64,000 nucleotides of DNA, from contig DAIDHL010000004.1 of NCBI GenBank assembly GCA_027459745.1, positions 15,240-79,239 on the forward strand, in the 5' to 3' direction. The DNA comes from Candidatus Levyibacteriota bacterium (lineage in GTDB: Bacteria > Patescibacteriota > Microgenomatia > Levybacterales > UBA12049). Shown piece after piece: positions 1 through 9,558 of the stretch. A program made the position numbers and the translations under genes. The notes beneath the pieces are model-generated. The model saw only the letters and a list, made by a program, of their open reading frames with translations, made no database searches and had not been told where the DNA came from. Each line of letters starts with the position of its first letter. Positions within the stretch are counted from its first letter, which is position 1.

Positions 1-1
1 G

Positions 2-118
2 TATGGTTTACGTACTGGAATATTTGGTGGAGCAGGAAATTTAATTTTTAATCGCTTTACAGGACCAGGTAGAGTCGGTATACAATCAATGTATCTTTAT
101 CTTCCAACGGGTAACTAA
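2..118 (+). CDS. 3' end (C-terminal ~38 aa) of a gene that starts upstream of the window. It ends ...NLIFNRFTGPGRVGIQSMYLYLPTGN*. It may belong to the AIM24/DUF124-like family.
   Basis: Open frame 2 runs from the window edge to TAA at 116-118. The C-terminal GPG...Q motif resembles the family from memory, which is weak evidence. Confidence 0.25.
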   Translation, partial: YGLRTGIFGGAGNLIFNRFTGPGRVGIQSMYLYLPTGN

Positions 119-123
119 GCGCT

Positions 124-441
124 TTATTTAAGATTGTGAATATCCTCTCTTAGTTGTTCATAAATCTCGTGTGCTGCATGTAAAAAATGTTTCTCAGCAT
201 CTTGCATATGCTTTCGTAAAACTTCCCAAGCTTTTTCATGATCTTGATTAGCTATATGCTGTAAAAATACTTTTTTATCTTCACCTTTGATATTACTCAA
301 TGCCTGGTCCATCATGACGTTATGAATTTGCTTCTGGGCGATTTGTAATAATTCTTCTTGTTGCTCCTGGGTTAAATCCAAACCTGACAATTCAACTTTT
401 ATATGTTCAAGCGTAACTAAATGTGAATAAAAATGCTTCAT
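124..441 (-). CDS. hypothetical small helical protein (105 aa)
   Basis: ORF-track ORF with Q/E/K/H-rich helical composition and no recognisable motif. Confidence 0.4.
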   Translation of the reverse strand: MKHFYSHLVTLEHIKVELSGLDLTQEQQEELLQIAQKQIHNVMMDQALSNIKGEDKKVFLQHIANQDHEKAWEVLRKHMQDAEKHFLHAAHEIYEQLREDIHNLK

Positions 442-495
442 ATTGTATTTATATCAACTAAATATTATAAAAATGATTTAACTCATTTAGTATCA

Positions 496-1425
496 TTACT
501 TTACTTCAATCGGTCCTAAGGGAATATTTTCACCAGAGCCATTAATAAAAAAATATAAAACTGGCCCTTTTTCTGCACCATCTTGACGATCTAAGTAACT
601 CATAACTTCTGGCGAACCGCCTAATTGTTTACCAGTCCATGGAGATGGACCTGAATCGGCGATATCTGCCACCAATGCCTTACCATTTTGTGGATTAACC
701 ACCAACATTTTTCTATATTTGAAAAAGTTATTATAAACTATCACATGTTCATTATATCCTGGACTTAAAAATGTCGGTACAGCAATATACCATTTTTCTC
801 TTTGTACATCCAAGCTAGTCATACTTGCTGCAGAATCAGCAAAATATCCCCAGGCTCCTAATCCAGGTGCCATACCAGAGCCATAATATTTTTGCGCATC
901 AGCTTCAGATGTAAACATAGTAGACATAGAATCGCCTGGATAACGTGCTAAGTGCTGTTCTTCGCCTATATATCCATAATTTTGATTTAAGTGAATACCA
1001 TTAACATCAGCAACAACCGAAAAACCAAAGCGAGCTGATAATATTCCGGTAATGCGATCTTCTTGCTCAGGAGTCAAGGGAACAACAGATGAAGGTAATT
1101 TATTATACAAGTCATTAATCAAAAACATTCTTTTGTTCAGCATTCCAAATTGTTCATTTGAAGGGACTATGGGTGGAATGGTAGTCGGATTTTTCGTGGG
1201 TGCAACTTGAGCAGCGGGCGTTGCTATAGAGGTGGGCAAAAGATTAGGTGTAATGGATAACATCACAATGCTTGCCGCTGAAGCAGTAAAAGGAGCGGTA
1301 TTACGGGTTAGCCATTCCAAAGCATCTTTATGCTTTTGCCACAATCTTTGGTGCAATTTTTGCTCACGTTCACTCCACTTATTTTTAAGATGTTCATAGT
1401 GAGAAATATAGTTTTTCTGAGACAT
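496..1425 (-). CDS. hypothetical membrane-anchored or secreted protein. The C-terminal domain may be a DPBB-fold cell-wall module (RlpA/3D-like).
   Basis: It has an N-terminal hydrophobic segment and a Pro/Thr-rich linker. The C-terminal block ...YIAVPTFLSPGYNEHVIVYNNF...KALVADIADSGPSPW...GSPEVMSYL resembles RlpA/3D domains from memory. Confidence 0.4.
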   Translation of the reverse strand: MSQKNYISHYEHLKNKWSEREQKLHQRLWQKHKDALEWLTRNTAPFTASAASIVMLSITPNLLPTSIATPAAQVAPTKNPTTIPPIVPSNEQFGMLNKRMFLINDLYNKLPSSVVPLTPEQEDRITGILSARFGFSVVADVNGIHLNQNYGYIGEEQHLARYPGDSMSTMFTSEADAQKYYGSGMAPGLGAWGYFADSAASMTSLDVQREKWYIAVPTFLSPGYNEHVIVYNNFFKYRKMLVVNPQNGKALVADIADSGPSPWTGKQLGGSPEVMSYLDRQDGAEKGPVLYFFINGSGENIPLGPIEVK

Positions 1426-1506
1426 AAAGTTAAGGTGGTTTTTAATAATACCTGAGGACCTTCCCTTATTAACTTAGTTTGGCATGCTCTGGTGTAAGTG
1501 TCAAAT

Positions 1507-4041
1507 TTATAGAGTATATTTTCTTAAAAAAATATGCTTCATGAATTCAACTAAAATTAAATATGTCGAAACAAGGATAATTAAGATAAAGAAATAAAGG
1601 GGAGGAGGAGTAACCAATCCAAGCGTCCCTGCTAGAGGCGAAAATGGCAAGAGCAATGATACTAAGACTATGCCTACGCAAGTCCCCAGTAACCATTTAC
1701 TCGGTTTGCTTAAAAAGAATGGACTACGTGAAGTACGTATAACAAATACTACTAAAATTTCCGTAGCCATTGACTCAATAAACCAACCTGTCTGAAATAA
1801 AGCATTTTGCGCATGAAAGATATAGATCATTACTCCAAAAGTTAGAAAATCATAAACTGAACTGATCGGACCAAAAAATATCATGTAATTACGTATGAAA
1901 TTAATATTCCAGTGTCTCGGACGAATTAGAGATTCATGATCCACATTGTCGGTAGGAATACTTAATTGTGATAAATCATATAGACCATTGGTAAGTAGAA
2001 TTTGCACTGGAGTCATAGGCAAAAATGGTAAGAGAAAAGAAGCACCTGCGGCTGAGAACATATTACCAAAATTAGAACTTGTACCCATCAAGATGTATTT
2101 GATTGTATTATTAAATGTCCGTCTTCCCTCCATGATACCATCAGCAATGACATCCAAACTCTTACGTAACAATACAATAGCAGCAGCATCTTTCGCGACA
2201 TCTATTGCAGTATTAACGGATATCCCCACATCAGCACTGCGCAGGGCGGGGATATCGTTGATGCCATCCCCCATAAAACCAACTGTATGACCTATATCTC
2301 TTAGAGTTTGAATTATTTTTAATTTTTGTGTTGGACTAACTCGGGTAAAAAGATTGGCTTGTTCAACTTTTTTCCTTAAGTCTTCATCAGTTAGCTTATC
2401 CATTTGCGGACCTGTAAGGACTCCTGCAACATTCATACCAACTTCTTTACAAACTTTTTGTGCAATAATCTCATTGTCTCCTGTAATTACTTTAATAGAT
2501 ATGTTTAACTTATTTAACTTCATTAACGCTTCTTTGGCTGAGGTTTTAGGAATATCGAGAAAACTCAAATATCCTAAAAATCTTAAATCTTTAACATCAT
2601 CCCATGAATAATCTTCTTTTTTGTTTATCTCTTTTTCTGCAATGGCAACGATACGTAAACCATCTTGGTTTAATTTAGAAAACTTTTCCGCCAGTTCTTT
2701 TCTCTGTCTATCATCGACACACCAGTCTAAAATAGCTTGTGGTGCACCCTTTACTATTAAACTATATTTACCCTCTTTAGCAATAACACTAAACATTGCC
2801 TTACGCGTATAATCAAAAGATTCCTCATCAACTTTACTGACATTTGCTGTTAAATGAATATGATTCTTGATGGCATAATGCCATATGGAAACATCAATTG
2901 CATTACCTGCAACTTTATGATGAATTATGGCTGTATTACACCTTAGACCGGCAATAAGTACTTGAGGATTTTTATGACCTTCTGCATCGATATAATCTAC
3001 CACCTCGATATTACCTTCAGTTAGAGTCCCTGTTTTGTCAGTACATAAAACATCCATATTTCCCAAATTCTCAATCGCAATCAGCTGTTTGGCTACAACT
3101 TTTTTCTTAGCAAGTTTTCCTGCTCCATGCGACAAACTAACAGTAACAATTACAGGTAGTAATTCTGGTGTTAAGCCAACAGCAATTGCCAGGGAAAAAA
3201 TCAAAGAATCAAGCAATTTATGACCTAATAGTGCATTAATTAAAAAGATTGCAGTAGTTAAAATTAAAATAACTTTTACTAATAATTGTCCGAATTTAGT
3301 CAATCCTTTTTCAAAATCAGTTTCCGGTTTTACATATAATGCAGATTTAGCAATTTTGCCGAATTCCGTTTGTTTGGCAATGTTGATTACAACACCTCTG
3401 GCTGAACCGCTCTCAACTGATGTTCCCATAAAAGCAATGTTTGACATCTCAGTCAAATTATTAGACTTTAAGTCAACAGCATTAGCAATCTTAAATACCG
3501 TCTTTGACTCACCGGTCAATGGAGATTCATTAACTTCCATGTCCTTACTTTCAATAATTCGTAAATCAGCAGGAATAATCGAACCCTCTGATAAAATCAC
3601 AATATCTCCGACTGTTAATTGCGAAACAGGAATTTCTAAATGCTCATCGTTACGCATTACCACAGCTGTGGGAGATATTTTTTTTAATAGATTGTCAATG
3701 GTCCTTTCTGCCGCATATTCGTTCCACATACCTAAAAACACGCTAATGAAAATTAAAGCAAAGATATAATAAGAGCTAATTTGCTGGCCTAAAAAGAAAG
3801 AAATTAAGGTGGCAACAGCTAATACGATAATTAATGGATTATCTTTGAACTGTCTGAGAAATATAAGTAAGGGGTTTACGTTTCTTTTGTGTATAGTATT
3901 TAGTCCATATTCACGCTGTCTATTCAATGCTTCGGTATTAGATAAACCTCCCAGTCGTGTTTGCAAACCGGTTAGTGTATCTTCGAAACTTAACTTGCAG
4001 AAGTAACTTGCATCTTTAACTACCTTATTTTTTTCATCCAT
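1507..4041 (-). CDS. P-type cation-transporting ATPase (P2/P3-type, MgtA-like Mg2+ or Ca2+ ATPase)
   Basis: 844 aa with a Cation_ATPase_N-like N-terminus. It carries DKTGTLT (phosphorylation site), TGDN, GDGINDIPAL and a TM4 PELLP motif (compare MgtA PEMLP and SERCA PEGLP). Confidence 0.9.
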   Translation of the reverse strand: MDEKNKVVKDASYFCKLSFEDTLTGLQTRLGGLSNTEALNRQREYGLNTIHKRNVNPLLIFLRQFKDNPLIIVLAVATLISFFLGQQISSYYIFALIFISVFLGMWNEYAAERTIDNLLKKISPTAVVMRNDEHLEIPVSQLTVGDIVILSEGSIIPADLRIIESKDMEVNESPLTGESKTVFKIANAVDLKSNNLTEMSNIAFMGTSVESGSARGVVINIAKQTEFGKIAKSALYVKPETDFEKGLTKFGQLLVKVILILTTAIFLINALLGHKLLDSLIFSLAIAVGLTPELLPVIVTVSLSHGAGKLAKKKVVAKQLIAIENLGNMDVLCTDKTGTLTEGNIEVVDYIDAEGHKNPQVLIAGLRCNTAIIHHKVAGNAIDVSIWHYAIKNHIHLTANVSKVDEESFDYTRKAMFSVIAKEGKYSLIVKGAPQAILDWCVDDRQRKELAEKFSKLNQDGLRIVAIAEKEINKKEDYSWDDVKDLRFLGYLSFLDIPKTSAKEALMKLNKLNISIKVITGDNEIIAQKVCKEVGMNVAGVLTGPQMDKLTDEDLRKKVEQANLFTRVSPTQKLKIIQTLRDIGHTVGFMGDGINDIPALRSADVGISVNTAIDVAKDAAAIVLLRKSLDVIADGIMEGRRTFNNTIKYILMGTSSNFGNMFSAAGASFLLPFLPMTPVQILLTNGLYDLSQLSIPTDNVDHESLIRPRHWNINFIRNYMIFFGPISSVYDFLTFGVMIYIFHAQNALFQTGWFIESMATEILVVFVIRTSRSPFFLSKPSKWLLGTCVGIVLVSLLLPFSPLAGTLGLVTPPPLYFFILIILVSTYLILVEFMKHIFLRKYTL

Positions 4042-4097
4042 ATACTCATCGTAGCTACTATTAATTTTAAGATCAATGACCTAAATATAAATTAAAA

Positions 4098-5342
4098 CTA
4101 TGAAGGTAAAAATTGAGAGACTAACAATGCAATAGAGCTAATTGCTATCAAAGCAAAAGTAATAATAACTATAATATTAATTATTCTACCATTGCGATAT
4201 CCATTTAATAATTTCTTATCATTAGCAAGTATATATACAAAGACAAGTACGGGTAATAACAAAACTGCATTTATAGCTTGCGTGAAGAATAATATCTGTA
4301 GAAGTGGTAAAAATGGAGCTATAACTAATATTGCGCCAATAAACAAGCTAAAAGAGAACAATCCATAAAACTCTGGCGCTTCGGTAAACGAGAAATTAAG
4401 TCCTGACTCAAAACCAAATGCTTCAGTAATTACATATGACGTAGCAACCGGAACTAAGGCAGCGCCGAATAAAGATGCATTTAACAAACCAAAAGCAAAC
4501 AAAATTCCCGCAAACTGACCAGCTAAAGGCTGTAATGCAATAGCTGCATCTTTAGCATCACTTATGGGAATATTATGAGCGAATAGTGTTACAGCACAAG
4601 CCACAATAATAAAGAAAGAAATGAAATTAGTTATAAAAGAACCTAAAAAGACATCCGCTCTTTCCGGATTCAGATCCTCTTTAGTCAATTTTTTGTCTAC
4701 TACATAATCTTGAATAAAAAATTGACCCCAAGGTGTAATTGTTGTACCTATAACTGCAATCATTGTAATAAGATAATTTTTACTTAAACTAAAATGTGGT
4801 GTAACTAGACTTTCCACAGCAACTCCCCAGTGTGGATGAGACATAAAAGCAGAAATAATGTAAACTAAATAGAAAGCAGAAGCAACTAAAAATATTTTCT
4901 CTAATTTTTTAAAACTTCCTTTAGTAACCAGAAAGAAAACTAGCAGAACAGCAAACGGGATTGAAACGTATTTATTAATATTGAATACTTCCAATGCAGA
5001 AGCGATTCCGGCAAATTCCGCTGCAATTGTTCCAATATTAGCGATGAGTAAAACTACCATAATAAATGTAGTCCAACGAATTCCAAACTTTTCACGAATC
5101 AAAGAAGCTAAACCCTTACCTGTAGCCAATCCCATTCTTGCTCCTATTTCCTGAGTAACAGCCAAACTGAAAGTAGTTATAAATAAAACCCACAACAATG
5201 AAAGCCCAAAGCTAGCACCTGCAACAGAATAAGTCGCAATACCACCCGCATCATTGTCTACTGAACCAGAAATAATACCTGGTCCTAATATGGCTAAAAT
5301 AGGCAAAATTCTTCCAAATCTTGTTTTAAATAGGTTCTTCAT
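4098..5342 (-). CDS. Nramp (SLC11) family transporter with a non-canonical metal site, possibly an NRMT-like Mg2+ transporter
   Basis: Clear similarity to MntH in TM1-TM3 (LGPG...AGASFG..LLWV...G.ATGK.LA..IR). DPGN is replaced by DAGG (SVDNDAGGIATYS), and TM6 ATVMPH is replaced by TTITPW, so the Met and His are lost. I set the start at the second ATG (MKNLFK..., 5342), which follows GAGGAG. The ORF track starts it at 5363. Confidence 0.8.
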   Translation of the reverse strand: MKNLFKTRFGRILPILAILGPGIISGSVDNDAGGIATYSVAGASFGLSLLWVLFITTFSLAVTQEIGARMGLATGKGLASLIREKFGIRWTTFIMVVLLIANIGTIAAEFAGIASALEVFNINKYVSIPFAVLLVFFLVTKGSFKKLEKIFLVASAFYLVYIISAFMSHPHWGVAVESLVTPHFSLSKNYLITMIAVIGTTITPWGQFFIQDYVVDKKLTKEDLNPERADVFLGSFITNFISFFIIVACAVTLFAHNIPISDAKDAAIALQPLAGQFAGILFAFGLLNASLFGAALVPVATSYVITEAFGFESGLNFSFTEAPEFYGLFSFSLFIGAILVIAPFLPLLQILFFTQAINAVLLLPVLVFVYILANDKKLLNGYRNGRIINIIVIITFALIAISSIALLVSQFLPS

Positions 5343-6513
5343 ATTCTTCTCCTCTCTGTACATGTTCTAGAACTGTATCAACTGAAATAGCACCAATTAC
5401 TTTATCATTTTCATCTACCACAGGCAGTAGACGAAGATTATACTCGGAGAATGTTCTTAATATTTCTTTAAAAGGGGCATCTGAGGTAACAGATTGTGCA
5501 GAAATTGCCACATCTTTTAGACTTGAATCTGGTTCTAGATTAAATAAATTTCTTACTGCAATTATTCCTTTTAAAGTATCTTCATTATCCACAACAACTA
5601 CGACCTCAGGACGTCTACGCATTAAGCGTAAAAATTCTATGGTTTCTGCAACTGTCGTATCTTCTTTCTCACGATAAAAATTAACATCCATCAGACCTCC
5701 AGCAACATTATCAGGATATACAGATAACCGTCTGACGTTTTGAATCTTATCCTGTTCAAGATTTTGAAAAATCTCCTTGCTGGTAAAAGGATTTAATTCT
5801 TTAAGAATATCTACAATATCTGCCACTGACATTTTTTGGACAATCTTCTTTAATGAATCTTTTGGTAAAGACTCCAATATTGATTGTTGTGTCTCTGGAT
5901 CTGCTTCTCCCAATGCTGCTGCCGCCATTCGTGGATCAAGTAATTCGACCACACCCAATCTTTCTTTTGTTCCTGCATCTTCTAAAATGTCAGCAATTTC
6001 CGCTGGATGAAATGCATTTAAGCTATTCTGACTTAATTTCAATCTAACCTGTCCCATTTGATAATCAAAAGCCTCAATCAATGTCCAAGGAATAGAAATA
6101 GTGCGCAAATTAAAGACGACTCCCAATCCGAGTCGTCTTAATATTCCAGAAAATCCGATATCGATTCCCACAATTTTATATACACCATTTTTTTTAAGGA
6201 TTACATCATTTACCCGCACTAGACGACGACCAGTAACATCGATCACTTGTTTATCCAACAAATCCTCTGCTAAATAAAAATCTTTATCATTATATGGAGA
6301 TAAAGTAATATCTTCAGTTTCAATGAAAAATCTTTTCTCGGTAAATTTTACTTGGTCAGTAGGTAAAGTGAACTTCTTACCTTCTTTGCGAATTAAAATA
6401 GTGGAAACATTAGCAGTAGATAAATCTTGAACCACACCAAAATCAATGACTTTAGCATACTCTCGTTGTCCTACGTAGACTGGTTTGTTTAATAATTGGC
6501 TCAGATAAACCAT
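5326..6513 (-). CDS. MgtE-like cytoplasmic regulatory protein (PRC-barrel, MgtE_N, CBS pair) with no transmembrane domain
   Basis: MgtE_N signature LNAFHPAEIADILEDAG..ERLGVVELLDPRMAAAALGEADPETQQSILESLP...MSVADIVDILKEL. Two CBS motifs (VGGLMDVNFYRE..., PVVDENDKVIGAISVDTVLEHV). The N-terminal region is PRC-barrel-like (KPVYVGQREYAKVIDFGV...). AAGGAGG lies 5 nt before the ATG of MVYLSQ (6513). The track start at 6549 lies upstream of that SD. Confidence 0.75.
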   Translation of the reverse strand: MVYLSQLLNKPVYVGQREYAKVIDFGVVQDLSTANVSTILIRKEGKKFTLPTDQVKFTEKRFFIETEDITLSPYNDKDFYLAEDLLDKQVIDVTGRRLVRVNDVILKKNGVYKIVGIDIGFSGILRRLGLGVVFNLRTISIPWTLIEAFDYQMGQVRLKLSQNSLNAFHPAEIADILEDAGTKERLGVVELLDPRMAAAALGEADPETQQSILESLPKDSLKKIVQKMSVADIVDILKELNPFTSKEIFQNLEQDKIQNVRRLSVYPDNVAGGLMDVNFYREKEDTTVAETIEFLRLMRRRPEVVVVVDNEDTLKGIIAVRNLFNLEPDSSLKDVAISAQSVTSDAPFKEILRTFSEYNLRLLPVVDENDKVIGAISVDTVLEHVQRGEEYEEPI

Positions 6514-6653
6514 ATCGCCCTCCTTTCGGACCAGAGCCAAAATATGCATGAGACTTTTAAACCAAGAAAAAGCACCAGTTTCAGCAACCTTTTAGGTGAA
6601 CTTAAAATGCTCGCCTGCCAAAATCACTCATGTTTATTTTCAACTCTAGTTGA

Positions 6654-6683
6654 ATTATCCGCCTCGATTTGCAGGTTTGTCAA
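6654..6683 (-). promoter_or_regulatory. sigma70-like promoter for the sensor/Nramp/ATPase operon
   Basis: On the minus strand, TTGACA is followed by an 18-nt spacer and GATAAT, about 135 nt upstream of the 6513 start. Confidence 0.4.
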
Positions 6684-6699
6684 TAAGAAGAATAGATTT

Positions 6700-7767
6700 T
6701 TAAATAGCGGGTGTTATTATTTTACCTGTTGGTTGCTCAAAAACTTTGCCATTATCAACAATTTTTCGTCCGTGCAGATAGACAGACATTATTTTCCCTT
6801 TAATTTGCATACCTGCAAATGGTGTCCACCCGCATTTACTGACTATTTTGTCGTTACTTAAAACATATTTCTGAGAAGTGTCAATTTCCACATATGTATC
6901 CAACTGTTCAGGTATAGAAAAAATTCTTCTTGGATTTGTATTTGTAACAGTTATCAATGTTTCCAAACTTATTCTCTTCTCAGCCACAGCCGTCAATAAT
7001 AACGGCAATGATGTTTCAACGCCTGGCACTCCAAAAGGAGAATTTTCGGAATTTTCTTTTTCTTCAATAGTATGGGGTGCATGATCTGTAGCGACAATAT
7101 CAATAAGACCTTCTCGCAATCCCTCCCACAAAGCATCCTGATCCATTTGTGTTTTCAGGACAGGTTTCATAACTGCATAGGCGCCAATCCGTTTTATATC
7201 CTCATCTGTCAAAAATAGATTATTAGGTGTAACTTCGCATGTTATATTCATTCCACTTTTCTTTGCTTTAACTACAGACATTAATTCTTGTTTTGAAGTT
7301 AAATGTGCAACATGAACTTTTGTACGATATTTCCCTGCTAATTCTATCGCTCTGTCTAATGTCTCATCTTCTGCATGAACAATTAATGTTTTTCCGTTAG
7401 GAATATGAGCAAAAATCTTTTCTGCTTCTTCAGGCGTAACTTTTAAATTACCTGTTGTATGATTCATATACAGCTTGTAGCCAAACACCTGATTTTTAAC
7501 TTCTTCAAAAAAAGGCAGAGCCTCCATGGTAGCGGCAAAATGAAACCCTAAATCGTTATAGATACGATTTTCTGCAAGCTTAAATTTTTCTTTCAAGGCC
7601 AGAGGATTTGAAGTAGGGATTGGATTATTTGGCATATCCAGAACAGTCGTTACCCCACCTGAAATAGCCGCTCTGGTGCCAGTTGCCATATCCTCTTTCT
7701 GAGCAGCACCCGGCTCTCTTAAATGAGTATGGACATCAATTACACCTGGTATGGTAAGTAGTTTCAT
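6700..7767 (-). CDS. pyrC: dihydroorotase
   Basis: N-terminal GVIDVHTHLREPG metal-binding motif of cyclic amidohydrolases. Operon context with pyrD, pyrE and pyrF. Confidence 0.8.
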   Translation of the reverse strand: MKLLTIPGVIDVHTHLREPGAAQKEDMATGTRAAISGGVTTVLDMPNNPIPTSNPLALKEKFKLAENRIYNDLGFHFAATMEALPFFEEVKNQVFGYKLYMNHTTGNLKVTPEEAEKIFAHIPNGKTLIVHAEDETLDRAIELAGKYRTKVHVAHLTSKQELMSVVKAKKSGMNITCEVTPNNLFLTDEDIKRIGAYAVMKPVLKTQMDQDALWEGLREGLIDIVATDHAPHTIEEKENSENSPFGVPGVETSLPLLLTAVAEKRISLETLITVTNTNPRRIFSIPEQLDTYVEIDTSQKYVLSNDKIVSKCGWTPFAGMQIKGKIMSVYLHGRKIVDNGKVFEQPTGKIITPAI

Positions 7768-8831
7768 AGAGTCTTTTTAATTTCCTGCGCCAAGAAAGGA
7801 TCCCACATTGCACCGGTGGCCGACATCACACTATCTGCTCCCGCTTCTATATAATCAAAATAATCCTTAGGAGTCATTACACCCCCTATACCTTCAATAT
7901 TAAATTTAAATTTTTTTCGCTCACGAATTTTTTTAAGCCTGCTAACTGTATCAATACCTGCCCATTTAATTCCTGCCCCACAAACTCCAGACCTAGCTCT
8001 ACCCTTACCAGGCAGTGCTTGCTCACCCTTATCATCTACAATTGTTGCTTGCAAAGTATTAATCCCAGCAATTGCATTGGCATATTCATTAGCAATTTCT
8101 GAAATTTTCTCCAATTGTTTATCATCTGAATAATATCCAACTTTTAATGTCAAAGGTAAATTACCAATTACTGAACGAATACCTTTGGAAATTTTTTCTG
8201 TAACTTCCAAATTGTAACAAACCAAGCCCTCATTACCAATATTAGGACATGACAAATTAGTCTCAAGTACTTTAGCCCCAGTCTCAGCAGCCAATTTGGC
8301 AGCCAAAATATAATCATTAATAAATTCTTGTTGGGTTTGATTAGGTTTTACAGTACCCATGAAACTCACAACTAGAACTTGACCTTTACCAGCATAGCTT
8401 ATAGCCTTTTTCACATCCTCCTGCCATACTTCAACATTTTTAGATGGTACACCAAATGAATTAGTAATTGACAATGGCTGCGTATAGTTAATATCTGCTT
8501 GGAGCGGATTTTGTAGGACTTCTAATGAAAGATCACCTGATGGATGAATCGCCAAAACATTGGGGAAAGGATGACAAGGAAAGAAATTTGTTCTAACTGT
8601 TTTATAGACAACTAAATCAAAACCTTTCTCGAAAGCAGCTTTGACAAAATTACTATTCAAGACTGGCCCTGCGGGAATTCCAAAAGGCAAATAGACTGGC
8701 TGCCCTAAGTAAGTTTTACTAGGCTCTCCACTTTGCTGATAAACTTTTCCATCCGCAAATGCACCAAATGGTCCTTCGTCATAATTTTCTTCATACGACT
8801 TTTTCGGATCATAGAAAGGATTTTGTAGCAT
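7764..8831 (-). CDS. pyrD: dihydroorotate dehydrogenase, class 1-like (Cys active-site base), with an N-terminal extension of about 60 aa
   Basis: NLSCPN motif and a TIM-barrel flavoprotein pattern (GIGGV...). There is a 4-nt ATGA overlap with pyrC. Confidence 0.8.
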   Translation of the reverse strand: MLQNPFYDPKKSYEENYDEGPFGAFADGKVYQQSGEPSKTYLGQPVYLPFGIPAGPVLNSNFVKAAFEKGFDLVVYKTVRTNFFPCHPFPNVLAIHPSGDLSLEVLQNPLQADINYTQPLSITNSFGVPSKNVEVWQEDVKKAISYAGKGQVLVVSFMGTVKPNQTQQEFINDYILAAKLAAETGAKVLETNLSCPNIGNEGLVCYNLEVTEKISKGIRSVIGNLPLTLKVGYYSDDKQLEKISEIANEYANAIAGINTLQATIVDDKGEQALPGKGRARSGVCGAGIKWAGIDTVSRLKKIRERKKFKFNIEGIGGVMTPKDYFDYIEAGADSVMSATGAMWDPFLAQEIKKTL

Positions 8832-8835
8832 AAAA

Positions 8836-9558
8836 TTATTGTCTTAAATAAGTTACAACTTTTTTATATTTTTCTTCTGTTATCTGTTTACTTGAACGAA
8901 GATATTCCAGAATTGAATAAATATCCATTGCAGCATATGTTTTATAGCCCATATCTAGCATCTTTTGCACTCCTCCTTGACTCCTATCTACTAAAACGAC
9001 CAAAGCTACAACTTCATAACCAAGTTTTTTAGCTTCTTCAAGTGCTTCGACTTTAGAATTACCATGCGCAATCACATCATCAATAATTACTAATTTTTTA
9101 CCTTGAACTTTTTCTGCATCCGGCTTAGCCACTATTGCCCTCGTACTATCACCTTCAACTTTATCAAAAATATCTACAAAAGGAATATCGGTCAAGATTG
9201 AGTATTCTTCTGCAAATGCAATCGCAGTCTTAGGGATAGCAGTACAATAATCTACTGTAGTATCTATTTTTACTTGTGATAACACTTCACCTATTTTCCC
9301 TATCAAATTTGGGGGTAATTTGCGTAAGTTAATATAAATTTGTGAGAGTGCAGCATCTGGTCTTTCTTCATGAATCTTCAAAGCAAATTCCTCTTCATTA
9401 ACAGGAAAATCTATCGGACTGGTATCCCGTTCAATGGTATAAAAAGAAAACTTTCCTTCAGGGTCTTGTTTGCGACGACGGACCTTTGCGTATGTTTTGG
9501 TGGAAATAAATAAATCTACTAATTCTTTTTGTGATTGTGTTAGCTGTTTGATATCCAT
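8836..9558 (-). CDS. pyrE: orotate phosphoribosyltransferase
   Basis: PRTase PRPP-binding loop KKLVIIDDVIAHGNSKVEA. It lies between pyrF and pyrD. Confidence 0.75.
   Translation of the reverse strand: MDIKQLTQSQKELVDLFISTKTYAKVRRRKQDPEGKFSFYTIERDTSPIDFPVNEEEFALKIHEERPDAALSQIYINLRKLPPNLIGKIGEVLSQVKIDTTVDYCTAIPKTAIAFAEEYSILTDIPFVDIFDKVEGDSTRAIVAKPDAEKVQGKKLVIIDDVIAHGNSKVEALEEAKKLGYEVVALVVLVDRSQGGVQKMLDMGYKTYAAMDIYSILEYLRSSKQITEEKYKKVVTYLRQ

Noticed and set aside
1946-4006. Plus-strand ORFs of 60-137 aa nested antisense inside the P-type ATPase gene. Similar nested ORFs occur inside rpoB, rpoC, secA, groEL, ftsK, pnp and rnj.
   Set aside because: They are fully contained in long, well-supported genes on the opposite strand and have no motifs. 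They are typical antisense artefacts in AT-rich DNA.
6575-6600. ttttaggtgaac resembling the conserved GUUAGGUGA of the M-box Mg2+ riboswitch, upstream of the Mg-transport operon
   Set aside because: The match is on the + strand, whereas the operon is transcribed from the minus strand. The leader is too short for an M-box, so this is a coincidental hexamer.
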